The notes below the pieces were generated by a model that worked only from the letters and a program-made list of their open reading frames with translations, made no database searches and was not told the DNA's origin. The position numbers and the translations under genes were made by a program. A stretch of 64,000 bases of DNA from Candidatus Moraniibacteriota bacterium (GTDB lineage Bacteria > Patescibacteriota > Minisyncoccia > Moranbacterales > UBA1568): contig JAGOTT010000005.1 in NCBI GenBank assembly GCA_018061645.1, positions 581 through 64,580 of the forward strand, read 5' to 3'. Positions within the stretch are counted from its first letter, which is position 1; each line of letters begins with the position of its first letter. Of the stretch, positions 29,407 to 38,579 are shown in pieces.

Positions 29407-29479
29407 TGGGGAGTAGCCAAGTGGTAAGGCACCGCGCTCTGGACGCGGCATTCCGTAGGTTCGATCCCTACCTCCCCAG
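29407..29479 (+). tRNA. tRNA-Gln (anticodon CUG)
   Basis: U1-A72 acceptor pair, G73, D-arm GCCAAGUGGUAAGGC, anticodon loop CUCUGGA, T-loop TTCGATC; closely resembles bacterial tRNA-Gln. Confidence 0.8.
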
Positions 29480-29574
29480 CATTAAAATTAAAGGGAATTT
29501 CAAGTGCTAAGTTCTCTCGCACAGAGTGTCTTCCCGGGTTATACTTCCCGAGAGGGCGTTTTTATTTTCGGACT

Positions 29575-29901
29575 ATGGAAAAGATGCATATCAACGAGCG
29601 GGGAGCGCACACGACGGTCATCGAGGGTGCGAAAGACATATTGAAAGCGTTTCGGAAAATCGGTGTCGAGACCGCTCCAGGCGTCATCGAAGCGAATGTC
29701 GGCGCCCGGGGAAAGAGCGTGAAGTTCAAGAGACTCAGCGACAAGACGTTCGAGGTGGTGGTCGTGGTGAACGGTTCCAAACAGACCTTCAAGATATACG
29801 GCGCGGATCAAGGGGGTCTGGCTGACATCATGCGCGATATAAAAGCCGACGGCTGGAGTGTCCGGGAAACGATGGATCTCTCGTCGGATCGCGACCGATA
29901 A
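29575..29901 (+). CDS. hypothetical protein
   Basis: 108 aa; weak SD. Confidence 0.4.
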   Translation: MEKMHINERGAHTTVIEGAKDILKAFRKIGVETAPGVIEANVGARGKSVKFKRLSDKTFEVVVVVNGSKQTFKIYGADQGGLADIMRDIKADGWSVRETMDLSSDRDR

Positions 29902-29952
29902 AAAAATAAAGGGTGCTCTGATAGACATATCGGCACCCTTTCTTACATGGAG

Positions 29953-30240
29953 TCACGACTCCTCGACGATCGGTTTGCATACCGCAAACGGGATGCCGAT
30001 CTCGTCATCATACCGGTACGCGAAGTTGCGCGCCGCCCGCCAATCGTCCTCCACATCGATCCTGTCGATGTCTTTGTCCGAACGGTCAAGCAATGCCGAT
30101 GCGATTTCCGTCGCAGAGACGATAAAGCGCTCGCCTTCGACCCGAAGAGTCGTCAACACGACTCCGACCAATCGCCTCAAAGCATCAAACGGCTCGATGG
30201 ACGGTACGGGCACGGCGGTGATCAGGATTTTCCTACACAT
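29953..30240 (-). CDS. hypothetical protein
   Basis: 95-aa ORF. Confidence 0.4.
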   Translation of the reverse strand: MCRKILITAVPVPSIEPFDALRRLVGVVLTTLRVEGERFIVSATEIASALLDRSDKDIDRIDVEDDWRAARNFAYRYDDEIGIPFAVCKPIVEES

Positions 30241-30296
30241 AGCAGTCCCTCCTTGTAAAGTGACAATCGCTCTGCGGATTCACGAAGATCTCCGTA

Positions 30297-31550
30297 CTAT
30301 ACCATCTTTTCGTTCTCCGCGGCAGAAGTACCGGCGACGAAGCCGGTCGTCCAGCAAAGCTGGAGGCTGTAGCCGCCGGAAGGACGATCGATGTCGAGTA
30401 TGTCCCCGACAAGATAGAGGTTCGGATAGAGCCGCGACCGCATGTATTTGAAATCCACCTCCGAAAGCGCGACGCCACCGCTCGTCACGATCGCTTTATC
30501 GGCCCCCAGAAGCCCCTCCACGGTCATCGGTAGGTCTTTCAGTACATGTATCAATCCAAGCCGTTCCTCGCGTGTCACGACGTTTATCTGTTTGTCCGGG
30601 TCGATATCCGTGATTTCGAGCAGAACAGGAACAAGCGACGGCACAACGAAGCCATCCAGACCGTTTCGTATCTGTTTGTTCTTCCGGGAATCGAAGAGGG
30701 CTTGCAGATCCTTATCGAGCCCACCGATATCCTGGGAGGGAAACAGATCAACCGAAACGGTCACGGTTCCCTGCTTCAAAAGCTCGTCGATACCGCGACT
30801 CATGTTGAGTGCCAAAGGACCGGAAAGCCCGAAATGTGTGAAGAGGAGCTTTCCTCTCCGGCTTTCCTTTTTTTTACCATCCTGAAAGATCGTGAGTTTG
30901 GCATCCGAAAAACTGACGCCGGAAAGTCCGTGTACCCACCGCTCGCGTACGCACAGCGGCACGAGTGACGGGCGCGGATCGATGACAGTGTGTCCTATCT
31001 TCCCAAGCCACCGGAACCCGTCACCGGTCGATCCGGTCTCCGGATGCGATTTCCCGCCGGTCGCAAGAACATAGGAACGCGCCGTCACTATATCACCGCT
31101 CTTGAGGCGGACGCCGGAAACCGTTCCATCCGAAATATCCAGTCCAGTCACCCCCACTCCCGGAAGCACCGTCACGCCGCCCTGGTCCATATACCGTTTG
31201 AGCGCGTCGAAGACGGACTGTGATCGGTCGCTCATCGGGAATACGCGTTTCTCGGCTTCGACCTTGGTCGGTACGCCGAGCGCGCTGAAAAAATCCATCG
31301 TATCCTGCACACCGAACTGCGCAAGCGGAGAGAAGAGAAACTTCGCGGCACATCCGAATTTCCCAAGAAAGATGTTCCGGTCGAATTCCGCATTCGTCAT
31401 GTTGCACCGGCCGCCACCGGTGATGAGCAGTTTCTCGCCGGGCGAAGCGTTCTTCTCGAGCAGCACGACGCGCGCGCCGAGCTCTGCCGCGCGTCCCGCC
31501 GTCATCATTCCGGCGGGTCCGCCACCGATGACCGCCACATCGTAGTTCAT
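30297..31550 (-). CDS. FAD-dependent oxidoreductase, HI0933/BaiN (aminoacetone oxidase) family
   Basis: MNYDVAVIGGGPAGMMTA dinucleotide-binding motif at the ATG 31548-31550; the ORF-track start 31697 is too early. Confidence 0.8.
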   Translation of the reverse strand: MNYDVAVIGGGPAGMMTAGRAAELGARVVLLEKNASPGEKLLITGGGRCNMTNAEFDRNIFLGKFGCAAKFLFSPLAQFGVQDTMDFFSALGVPTKVEAEKRVFPMSDRSQSVFDALKRYMDQGGVTVLPGVGVTGLDISDGTVSGVRLKSGDIVTARSYVLATGGKSHPETGSTGDGFRWLGKIGHTVIDPRPSLVPLCVRERWVHGLSGVSFSDAKLTIFQDGKKKESRRGKLLFTHFGLSGPLALNMSRGIDELLKQGTVTVSVDLFPSQDIGGLDKDLQALFDSRKNKQIRNGLDGFVVPSLVPVLLEITDIDPDKQINVVTREERLGLIHVLKDLPMTVEGLLGADKAIVTSGGVALSEVDFKYMRSRLYPNLYLVGDILDIDRPSGGYSLQLCWTTGFVAGTSAAENEKMV

Positions 31551-31651
31551 AGAAAATGATAAACGGATATAACACCACAAAAGAATAAATGCTCTTTTCG
31601 AGAAAAATCGCCATACCCGAGAAAGATATGGCGATCGGCACCCTCCAATTT

Positions 31652-32029
31652 CTAAAGCATCCCTATATGACGCACGGCAGCCCGACCATCGATGCACTCA
31701 AGCCTCATGCGATCGGAGGAGAATGTTTCCTGCTTTGCAAGTTCCGTGAGTTCACGAGCAAGTATCCCGAGAAAATCAGCCTCACGATCAGGAAAGATAC
31801 GGATCCTGAAAAGGACACCCTTACCGAAAATGGGGTTGATTTCTCCGTGTGCGGTCGTCAGAAAATAGCAAGCGCCGATATCGATTCCATCCGCTATAGA
31901 ATGAAGGAAGCCGAATAGGATCTCGCCGATATCGTCTCGTACGTTTTCGATCGAAACACCATCCACAAACGAGTACGGTATGGTTTCGAGTAATTCCTTA
32001 GAAGGAATAAAGCAAGACCATGGTTTCAT
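31652..32029 (-). CDS. hypothetical protein
   Basis: 125 aa with AGAGGAG SD; the overlapping forward ORF 31589-31918 lacks an SD. Confidence 0.4.
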   Translation of the reverse strand: MKPWSCFIPSKELLETIPYSFVDGVSIENVRDDIGEILFGFLHSIADGIDIGACYFLTTAHGEINPIFGKGVLFRIRIFPDREADFLGILARELTELAKQETFSSDRMRLECIDGRAAVRHIGML

Positions 32030-32131
32030 CTGACTACTCCTCTGGAAATGAACAGCAGCGCAATACTAGGCATATTCAGGAAAAAAGTCAATCATGATTC
32101 ACTATTAGCGAAACATGAAAGAAGTGGAATC

Positions 32132-33592
32132 TTACCCGGCATACTTTCCAAGATCGAGTTCCTCGTCCATACGGATACGTGCGACGAAGTCCGGCACGTG
32201 CGAGACGAGAATCATCGCGCCTTTATATGCGTCAAGTGCCTCGGCGATGACGGGGATATGACGGAAATTGATATGGTTCGTCGGTTCATCGAGGATGAGC
32301 AGATTCGGTTCCTCCACAACGAGCCGAGCGAAAAGGAGCAGCCCCTTCTGTCCTTCGGAAAGGCTCGCGACCTTGTTCTGCAGGAGATTCGCCGGAAGAA
32401 GGAACCGCGCGGCGACCTTGTATACATCCTCTTTCTCTCCCTTTTCCATGACTTCCTCTATCGCTTCGAAGGCGGTACGATCGAAATCGAGCGTCGAGAA
32501 ATCCTGACGATAATAGCCGACCTTGGTGCCGGGTGCGAGTTCGACCCGCTCGGAGTCCCCCTGGGCGAGCGACTCGAGGAAGGTGCTCTTTCCGATGCCG
32601 TTCGGACCAGAAATGAGCAGATGCGTATTCTTGCGAAGCTCGATATTCACCGGAACGATGCTCGGACCGAAATGTCCCATGACGGAAACGGTCTTGATCG
32701 TGACGATCGGTCCGACCGTCTCGGGGCAGGGGATGGCGAACGCGGGGAGCGTCTTGTCCTCGCGGCGCACGTCCACTTTGTTCTCCTCGAGCTCATCCGC
32801 CAGATCGCGCATCCGCTTGGCGACTGCGCGGAGCTTCCCGCCCTTGTTCGCGAAGACGTTCGCCTGATCTTTCTTCTCGCGGATTGTCCGCTCGAGACGG
32901 ACGTTTTCGCTCTCCGCCTTTTCGATGCGCCGCTCTATTTCCGCGACCACGTCATAGTAATCGCCGGCATACTGTTCGATTTTGTGCGTATGAATGTCGA
33001 GATAGAGGACCCCTTCGGTGAACGCGTTCAGGAAGTCCGCATCGTGCGAAATGACGAGTACGGTCTTGTCGTACATCATGAGAAACGACGTGAGGTGCGC
33101 GACACCGTCCGCATCCAGGTTGTTCGTGGGCTCGTCGAGAAGGAGGATATCCGGATCCTGGATGAGCGCGGAAGCGAGGAGTATCCGTGCCTGCTGACCG
33201 CCGGAAAATTCCCGGATCTTCTTGTCGAGCGGGGGAAGCGGAAGGTTGACCGCCTCGAGCACCTCCGCTATGTGTTTCGGAAGATCCCACTCCTTCCCAT
33301 GATAGTACCGAGCGAAAAAGTCTGAAACTGAAAGATCGAGCTCGTCGCGGGGAATGGTCTGCCGACCGATGGCAACCGTTGCACCCTTGTCGATGGAGAT
33401 GCGCCCCTCCTGCGGACGTGCCTCTCCGGTTATGAGCGTGAAGAGCGAACTTTTTCCGGCGCCGTTCTGCCCCATGAGCGTGAACTTGGATCCGGCGCGC
33501 ATCGAGAAACTGACCCCGTCGAGGATCGGCTTGTCATGGACGTATTCGAAGGAGACGTTGTCGAACCGGAGAACGACCTGATCTTTTGCCAT
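32132..33592 (-). CDS. ABC-F family ATPase (tandem ABC cassettes, no TM; translation factor type)
   Basis: Two Walker A sites (GQNGAGKSS, GPNGIGKST), two LSGGQ-type signatures, inter-domain linker. Confidence 0.9.
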   Translation of the reverse strand: MAKDQVVLRFDNVSFEYVHDKPILDGVSFSMRAGSKFTLMGQNGAGKSSLFTLITGEARPQEGRISIDKGATVAIGRQTIPRDELDLSVSDFFARYYHGKEWDLPKHIAEVLEAVNLPLPPLDKKIREFSGGQQARILLASALIQDPDILLLDEPTNNLDADGVAHLTSFLMMYDKTVLVISHDADFLNAFTEGVLYLDIHTHKIEQYAGDYYDVVAEIERRIEKAESENVRLERTIREKKDQANVFANKGGKLRAVAKRMRDLADELEENKVDVRREDKTLPAFAIPCPETVGPIVTIKTVSVMGHFGPSIVPVNIELRKNTHLLISGPNGIGKSTFLESLAQGDSERVELAPGTKVGYYRQDFSTLDFDRTAFEAIEEVMEKGEKEDVYKVAARFLLPANLLQNKVASLSEGQKGLLLFARLVVEEPNLLILDEPTNHINFRHIPVIAEALDAYKGAMILVSHVPDFVARIRMDEELDLGKYAG

Positions 33593-33627
33593 ATTTTTCT
33601 GATAGAAGGTTTATTCTTGCTCCGTTT

Positions 33628-34353
33628 TTACCGGAGACCGAGCGTGGAGAGGAATTCCTCCTTTTCCGTACCGGTTATCGCGCGGAACTCCCCGGGAGAA
33701 AGACTGCCGAGCCCGATATTCATGACCCGGATCCGCTCGAGCGCCGTCACGGTTCCGCCGACCGCCGAGAGCATGCGACGCACCTGATGCTTGCGCCCCT
33801 CGGTGAGGATGACCGTCAGGCGGTGCGCTCCGCGGGAGAATGCCTGGCACGGCTTACTCGGACCATCCTCGAGCATCGGTCCGGCCGCAAGTTTCGCGAT
33901 CATATCCGGCCGCACCCGCTCCTGTATCGTCACGACGTATTCCTTTTCATGGTCGAACCGCGGGGAGAGCAACCGATCCGTCACGCGGCCATCATCGGTC
34001 AGGATGAGTAGGCCTTCGGAATCCTTGTCGAGCCGGCCGATCGGGAAAATACCCTGTATGTTGACGACATCGGCTATCGCGCGCTCCGTCTTCGATTGCG
34101 GGGAGTGCGTCAGTATCCCGCGCGGCTTGTGGTAGGCGAAATAGCGGTAGGCGCGTTTCGGGATGGATTTCACGGTCACGATATCGTCCTTGCCGACGCG
34201 GTCGGTGAGCACCGCTTTCCTGCCGTTGATGATCACTTTCCCTTCCTCGATGAACTTCTCGGCGGCACGACGGGTCGCGATACCCTTGAGCGCAAGGTAT
34301 CGATTGATACGGACAGGAAAAGGGATGGCTTCGCGCTCCGGTTTGTTCTCCAT
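33628..34353 (-). CDS. rRNA pseudouridine synthase, RsuA/RluB family
   Basis: S4 domain N-terminus; GRLDKDSEGLLILTDDG catalytic motif. Confidence 0.85.
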   Translation of the reverse strand: MENKPEREAIPFPVRINRYLALKGIATRRAAEKFIEEGKVIINGRKAVLTDRVGKDDIVTVKSIPKRAYRYFAYHKPRGILTHSPQSKTERAIADVVNIQGIFPIGRLDKDSEGLLILTDDGRVTDRLLSPRFDHEKEYVVTIQERVRPDMIAKLAAGPMLEDGPSKPCQAFSRGAHRLTVILTEGRKHQVRRMLSAVGGTVTALERIRVMNIGLGSLSPGEFRAITGTEKEEFLSTLGLR

Positions 34354-34473
34354 GATTCTCGTTTACGAAGCTCCATTCTGCCACAAAAGTCACCGTTTGG
34401 CAAGCCAACCTTGCGAAAATCATATTTTCCTGGTACAGATATCCTATTCTTTCACAACCGAAGGAGGAAACAA

Positions 34474-34863
34474 ATGAACTATTCGTTCCCACGCGCATGC
34501 GAAGCTTGCGGACAGGAAAACGGCGTCGGTTTCAAGGATGGGCAATGGCGCTGCGATGCCTGCCTGGGAAATCCTGACGGGCCGGAAGAACCGGAAAAAT
34601 CACCGCGTTCAAGACGCATCTTCGTGGTGCAGGCGATATCTCCTTCTCCTCCGCACGCCGACGTCACGAACCGCTCACCGCCTCTGGGAGAACGGGCGGC
34701 GGAAGCGGTCATGAGGGATCGGAAACGGTCGGGAGGGGAGTCCGACATAGGAAAACACGGAGGCAAGACAGCCGGCAGTCAGCCTCTCCCGTTGAAGAAA
34801 ATGGGAGGAGGGAAAAAGCAGACATCGCGATCGCAACGTTTTTCGAACAGGAGGAAGCCATGA
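34474..34863 (+). CDS. zinc-ribbon small protein with basic low-complexity tail
   Basis: GAAGGAGGAAA SD; CEACGQ...CDAC; the longer open frame (from 34096) is not used. Confidence 0.5.
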   Translation: MNYSFPRACEACGQENGVGFKDGQWRCDACLGNPDGPEEPEKSPRSRRIFVVQAISPSPPHADVTNRSPPLGERAAEAVMRDRKRSGGESDIGKHGGKTAGSQPLPLKKMGGGKKQTSRSQRFSNRRKP

Positions 34864-35057
34864 AGGGGATATGTCAGGTGTGCGGCCGAAAAGTGGAGCT
34901 CATCATGCGGATCCGGGAACCGGACGCCGCCATCGATGGTGCCGCCATCCATACGGGCAACATAAGCAACGGACATCTGGTCACCGAGGAGCATACCGAC
35001 CCGCGTGGCGAATATTGCAACGGCAGTCTTGCTATGCCGGAAAAAATCATCTCTTGA
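34860..35057 (+). CDS. zinc-ribbon small protein (65 aa)
   Basis: CQVCGRK...C; ATGA overlap with the upstream gene; GGAGGAAG SD. Confidence 0.45.
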   Translation: MKGICQVCGRKVELIMRIREPDAAIDGAAIHTGNISNGHLVTEEHTDPRGEYCNGSLAMPEKIIS

Positions 35058-35063
35058 CCAGAA

Positions 35064-35100
35064 AGCCTGCCGCCGGCACGAACGTGTCCCGGCGGCTTTT
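35064..35100 (+). terminator. rho-independent terminator
   Basis: GCCGCCGG...CCGGCGGC followed by TTTTCATT. Confidence 0.55.
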
Positions 35101-35193
35101 CATTCCTCCCGATGTTTTCGAAAAAGGAAATAGGTGATACCCTGAGGACAGAGGGTTTTTTGACATTTTTACATTCAGCGGAAAGGAGCTGAC

Positions 35194-35565
35194 ATGAAAG
35201 GCGTGGAATCACGATTGAAATATTCGGTGCTCATAACGGACGACGAACACCTCGCCAGAGAAACGGTCCTGAGAGAAATCCATTCGCTCTCGATATTCGT
35301 TCCGGAAGGTGAAGGCGATATCGCGGAACGGATATTCTGCTCTGACAGGACGCTGGTCGATATGCTTTCCGACCGAAGCGGATTCTCCCTCGATCGCAGG
35401 ATGGGAGAACTCATGGTTTTTTCGACCGACATCTCGGACTCGCTCGCGCTTCAGGAACTCGAGATGATCCTGCCTCCGTTCGAGACGACACGACGGTTTC
35501 TCTACGTCGGCATACCGGATCAGGACGACGAGGAGTCGTACGGCTATGGAATCGGCATGGTATGA
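35194..35565 (+). CDS. hypothetical protein
   Basis: 123 aa; AAAGGAG SD. Confidence 0.5.
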   Translation: MKGVESRLKYSVLITDDEHLARETVLREIHSLSIFVPEGEGDIAERIFCSDRTLVDMLSDRSGFSLDRRMGELMVFSTDISDSLALQELEMILPPFETTRRFLYVGIPDQDDEESYGYGIGMV

Positions 35566-35573
35566 AAAAAGAT

Positions 35574-35612
35574 GTCCGAAACAGCGCAATGCACTGTTTC
35601 GGATTTTTTATT
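35574..35612. terminator. bidirectional terminator (CCGAAACAG...CTGTTTCGG followed by TTTTTTATT)
   Basis: Sits between convergent genes. Confidence 0.6.
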
Positions 35613-36765
35613 GGGCGGATTCCTCCTCGTCGAGAAATGACCCTTTCTTCACCGAAAGCGACACGCTTTCCTTGTCGAGCACGCGCGCTTCTTCGATCTC
35701 CTTTTTCGCGGACAGGGGAAGCTCGCCCGAGACTTTCTTGAGCGCGATGCCGTCGATCTTCATGACGTCGTCGAGCCGACCAAGCGGCTCAAGGATCTCC
35801 TTGAGACGCGCATCGTCATATTTATATGTCCTGCGGACGGATTTCCCGACGATGCCTCGTTCGCCGAATACCCGATCGACTCCCTCATTTTCCATGTAGG
35901 CGAAAATCCGCTCCTGAAGTCCGGCGAGTTTCCGCTTCACGTTACCCGCCTCCTCCTTGGCGGCGATATAGTCGTCGATGACGGAACGTGCCTCTTCCGA
36001 ATCCATCTTCCGCTCCTCGGCGAACTTGTGTTTCCAGAGCGGGCAGATCCGCTGGTAGCCGCACCAGTCGCAGAGCGGGGAGAGTACGGGATCGAATTTC
36101 CCCGCCTCGATCGACGCTATCACCTCGAGGAATATCCGATCGAGTTCGGCAAGTTGTTCCTCGGTGCGTTTCGCCGAAAGCTTGGCGCCATGCTTGAGAA
36201 AATAGAGTGAAACGGTGATATCGTCGAGACGCTCACGCTCCTTCGGATACCGGTCGAGAAACGCCTTGAGATAGATCGAGAGCTGGAGATTGGTATTCAC
36301 GGTCTCCTGGGACGGCATCTTCTTCGCGGTCTTGTAATCGATGATCTCGTACCCGTCCGCGGTCTTGTCGATCCGATCGATGACACCCGCGATGATATGC
36401 GTGCCGCTTTTCTCGTCACCGATCTCTATCGAGAATCGGCTCTCGAGATCGACGATTGTACAATCCTTCGGGTCATTCTTCGCATAATAATCCTGGATGA
36501 TCTTCACTCCCTGAGAAAAAGCGGAACGCTCCTCGAGCTCGCTCTCCCAAATATCGGCATTCCAGTTCTGCGAAAAAAAATCCAAAGCCTCTTCGAGCGT
36601 CGGCTGGACGAGGGCAGGGGAATGGACGTAGTGCATGACCGAATGGATGAGCGTTCCGAAGACCGCCTCCTTGGATTTCGGCTCCTTGATACGGTCGATT
36701 TCCCGATATTTGTATTTGAGCGGACACGTCTGGTACGTATCGAGCGCGGAATAGGAGATACGCAT
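35608..36765 (-). CDS. PD-(D/E)XK nuclease family protein (Cas4/AddB-like nuclease domain with 4-Cys iron-staple motif)
   Basis: 385 aa; N-terminal Cys in YQTCPLKY plus C-terminal CDWCGYQRIC (C-x2-C-x5-C); RecB-like nuclease motifs around IIDYKTAKK. Confidence 0.7.
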   Translation of the reverse strand: MRISYSALDTYQTCPLKYKYREIDRIKEPKSKEAVFGTLIHSVMHYVHSPALVQPTLEEALDFFSQNWNADIWESELEERSAFSQGVKIIQDYYAKNDPKDCTIVDLESRFSIEIGDEKSGTHIIAGVIDRIDKTADGYEIIDYKTAKKMPSQETVNTNLQLSIYLKAFLDRYPKERERLDDITVSLYFLKHGAKLSAKRTEEQLAELDRIFLEVIASIEAGKFDPVLSPLCDWCGYQRICPLWKHKFAEERKMDSEEARSVIDDYIAAKEEAGNVKRKLAGLQERIFAYMENEGVDRVFGERGIVGKSVRRTYKYDDARLKEILEPLGRLDDVMKIDGIALKKVSGELPLSAKKEIEEARVLDKESVSLSVKKGSFLDEEESAQ

Positions 36766-36852
36766 AGGACAAAAATGAACATTGAAAAATCAAAACGAAA
36801 AAATTTCTGAATGGTTTTTTCAGTGTATCAGAATCACACCGAAACGGTACCA

Positions 36853-36881
36853 TTGACATAGATTCTTTTTTATGCTAGAAT
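36853..36881 (+). promoter_or_regulatory. sigma70 promoter (TTGACA-17 bp-TGcTAGAAT)
   Basis: -35 at 36853-36858, extended -10 at 36873-36881; upstream of the GGDEF gene. Confidence 0.6.
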
Positions 36882-36936
36882 ATATTGGAGTATTTTGACA
36901 ATTTTTCCACCTGCTTTACAGCAAAAGGAGCTTCAG

Positions 36937-37827
36937 ATGGGCACTATCGTAATTTGCGACGACCAGGGAAACATTTCAGAAAAGGAGAGGAAAATGCCGA
37001 CAGCAAGAAGTCTTAGTGAACGGTTGTATGACCTGTTCCTCCGCATCTTCTGCGGAGGCGACCGCGCCGAACTCGAGCGACAGCTCGCCGAAGCGAAGCA
37101 ACGCGCGAGGAGCCACGCCCGCTCGCAAAGGGAAACCTACCAGAGCGGCAAAGAGGCGATTCTTCGTCTCCAGAACGAACTGCGTCTGCGCGAGCAGGCG
37201 GCCTCCGTGTTCGAGAAGCGGGTTACCGAGCTCGAACGCCAGCTCGCCGAAGCGAATGAGCGGTCGCTCACCGACCCGCTCACCGGACTCCTCAACCGCC
37301 GGGGCGCATCGGAACAGCTCATCGGCATGGCCAGCAGCTTCTGGCACAGCGCCGGATCGACGGAGCAGCCGATCAACAAGCGGTTCCCGTGTTCCATTGT
37401 ATATGTCGACCTGGACAACTTCAAGCCCGTCAATGACCAATTCGGTCATAAGACCGGTGACGAAGTTCTCCGCACGATCGCGGAACTCCTCCGCAAGAGC
37501 TTCCCGAGACGCGGCGACATCATCGCCCGTGTCGGCGGTGACGAGTTCGTCATCATCATGACCGGCGCCGACATCGGCGCCGCAGGAAGACGCTCCGACG
37601 AGCTGCTTCATCGTATGGCAAAGAGCCCCGGACTCACGTTCGGCGGCCTACGCGTCGGGGCAAGTATCGGAGTATCCTTCATGATCCTTTCGTCGCCCTT
37701 ACGCGGCGAAGGCGGAATGAAACCCGAGGCGGTCATGAGCAAGCTGGATGCCGCCGTCATCGCGGCGGATAGCGCTATGTACTCTTCCAAGAGAGACGGG
37801 AAGGGGAAGGTGACGGTTCAGCGATAA
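36937..37827 (+). CDS. diguanylate cyclase (GGDEF domain) with N-terminal coiled coil
   Basis: RVGGDEFVII active site; DLDNFKPVND; AAAAGGAG SD at the ATG 36937. Confidence 0.85.
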   Translation: MGTIVICDDQGNISEKERKMPTARSLSERLYDLFLRIFCGGDRAELERQLAEAKQRARSHARSQRETYQSGKEAILRLQNELRLREQAASVFEKRVTELERQLAEANERSLTDPLTGLLNRRGASEQLIGMASSFWHSAGSTEQPINKRFPCSIVYVDLDNFKPVNDQFGHKTGDEVLRTIAELLRKSFPRRGDIIARVGGDEFVIIMTGADIGAAGRRSDELLHRMAKSPGLTFGGLRVGASIGVSFMILSSPLRGEGGMKPEAVMSKLDAAVIAADSAMYSSKRDGKGKVTVQR

Positions 37828-37850
37828 AACTGACTCGGCATCCGTGTGCC

Positions 37851-37888
37851 GGAAACGATTTCAATGATTTCGTTTCCGGTTTTTTTTA
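37851..37888 (+). terminator. rho-independent terminator
   Basis: CCGGAAACGA...TCGTTTCCGG followed by T8. Confidence 0.65.
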
Positions 37889-38258
37889 TTCCTCGGATTC
37901 TTTCCAGGGGTCGGGGGGTGGGGGATGCCGCATCACATAGATCGATTCCTGTTATTTTCTTTTTCCTTTTCCCAAGCGCCTCGCCATGCATACTACGTCG
38001 CACTATGTAACTTATGCGACATAACATGGTTTGAAAACGGATACCGATAAGCATCCAAGAAAAAATGATTCCGCCTCCCCCTCCGCATTTTTTTTGATTT
38101 TTTGAGCGGGAGCCGGAACAGGTCTTATACGAGTACCGATACCGGTCCCCATCATATAGCATCCTCATGCCACCCTCTCTACGACTCCTTTGCCATACGA
38201 CGAGTGTTTTTCGTGTTGCCATTTTCGTTGTTATTTTTCCGGTTTTCATTCCCGACCT

Positions 38259-38299
38259 CTCCCCCGTTTTTCATAAAAATGACCGGGGGAGTTTTGTTT
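38259..38299 (+). terminator. terminator-like hairpin in non-coding region (CTCCCCCG...CGGGGGAG followed by TTTTGTTT)
   Basis: Perfect 8-bp stem; no annotated upstream CDS. Confidence 0.4.
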
Positions 38300-38308
38300 C
38301 ATCATTCG

Positions 38309-38333
38309 GTCATCCTGAACGCAGTGAGGGATC
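38309..38333. repeat. 25-nt hairpin repeat family, variant copy (GTCATCCTGAACGCAGTGAGGGATC)
   Basis: Stem ATCC/GGAT with compensatory changes relative to ATTCT/AGAAT copies. Confidence 0.5.
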
Positions 38334-38371
38334 TAGGTTTTTCTTTCTTCCATAGCTTCCTTTCAAGACTG

Positions 38372-38396
38372 GATTCTTCGCTACGCTCAGAATGAC
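38372..38396. repeat. 25-nt hairpin repeat family, copy b (GATTCTTCGCTACGCTCAGAATGAC)
   Basis: Exact reverse complement of the 61966 copy. Confidence 0.65.
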
Positions 38397-38420
38397 GGAG
38401 AAGGAATGACCATACCCGAG

Positions 38421-38500
38421 GGTACATGCATGTACCTTTCATGACGTTCAAATCGCTTTCCGGTAAAAACGAATGTGTCTTAGGGTACATGGATGTACCC
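38421..38500. promoter_or_regulatory. two palindromic sites GGTACATGCATGTACC (38421-38436) and GGGTACATGGATGTACCC (38483-38500)
   Basis: Perfect 16-bp and near-perfect 18-bp palindromes 62 bp apart, each within a roughly 30-bp direct repeat. Confidence 0.45.
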
Positions 38501-38579
38501 CCGACTCCACTCAAAACGCTCCTGCGTGAAAATAGAGGGCATAAAAAAGAAGCTTCCGATTTCCGAAAGCCTCCTGCAT

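Noticed and set aside
24046-29479. Integrated element at tRNA-Thr or tRNA-Gln
   Set aside because: No integrase, no direct repeat of the tRNA 3' end, and no compositional shift next to either tRNA; flanking genes are ordinary (prfB-ftsEX, dsbA-like).
31589-31918. 109-aa forward ORF
   Set aside because: No SD and it overlaps a minus-strand ORF that has a strong AGAGGAG SD; kept the minus-strand gene (low confidence) instead.
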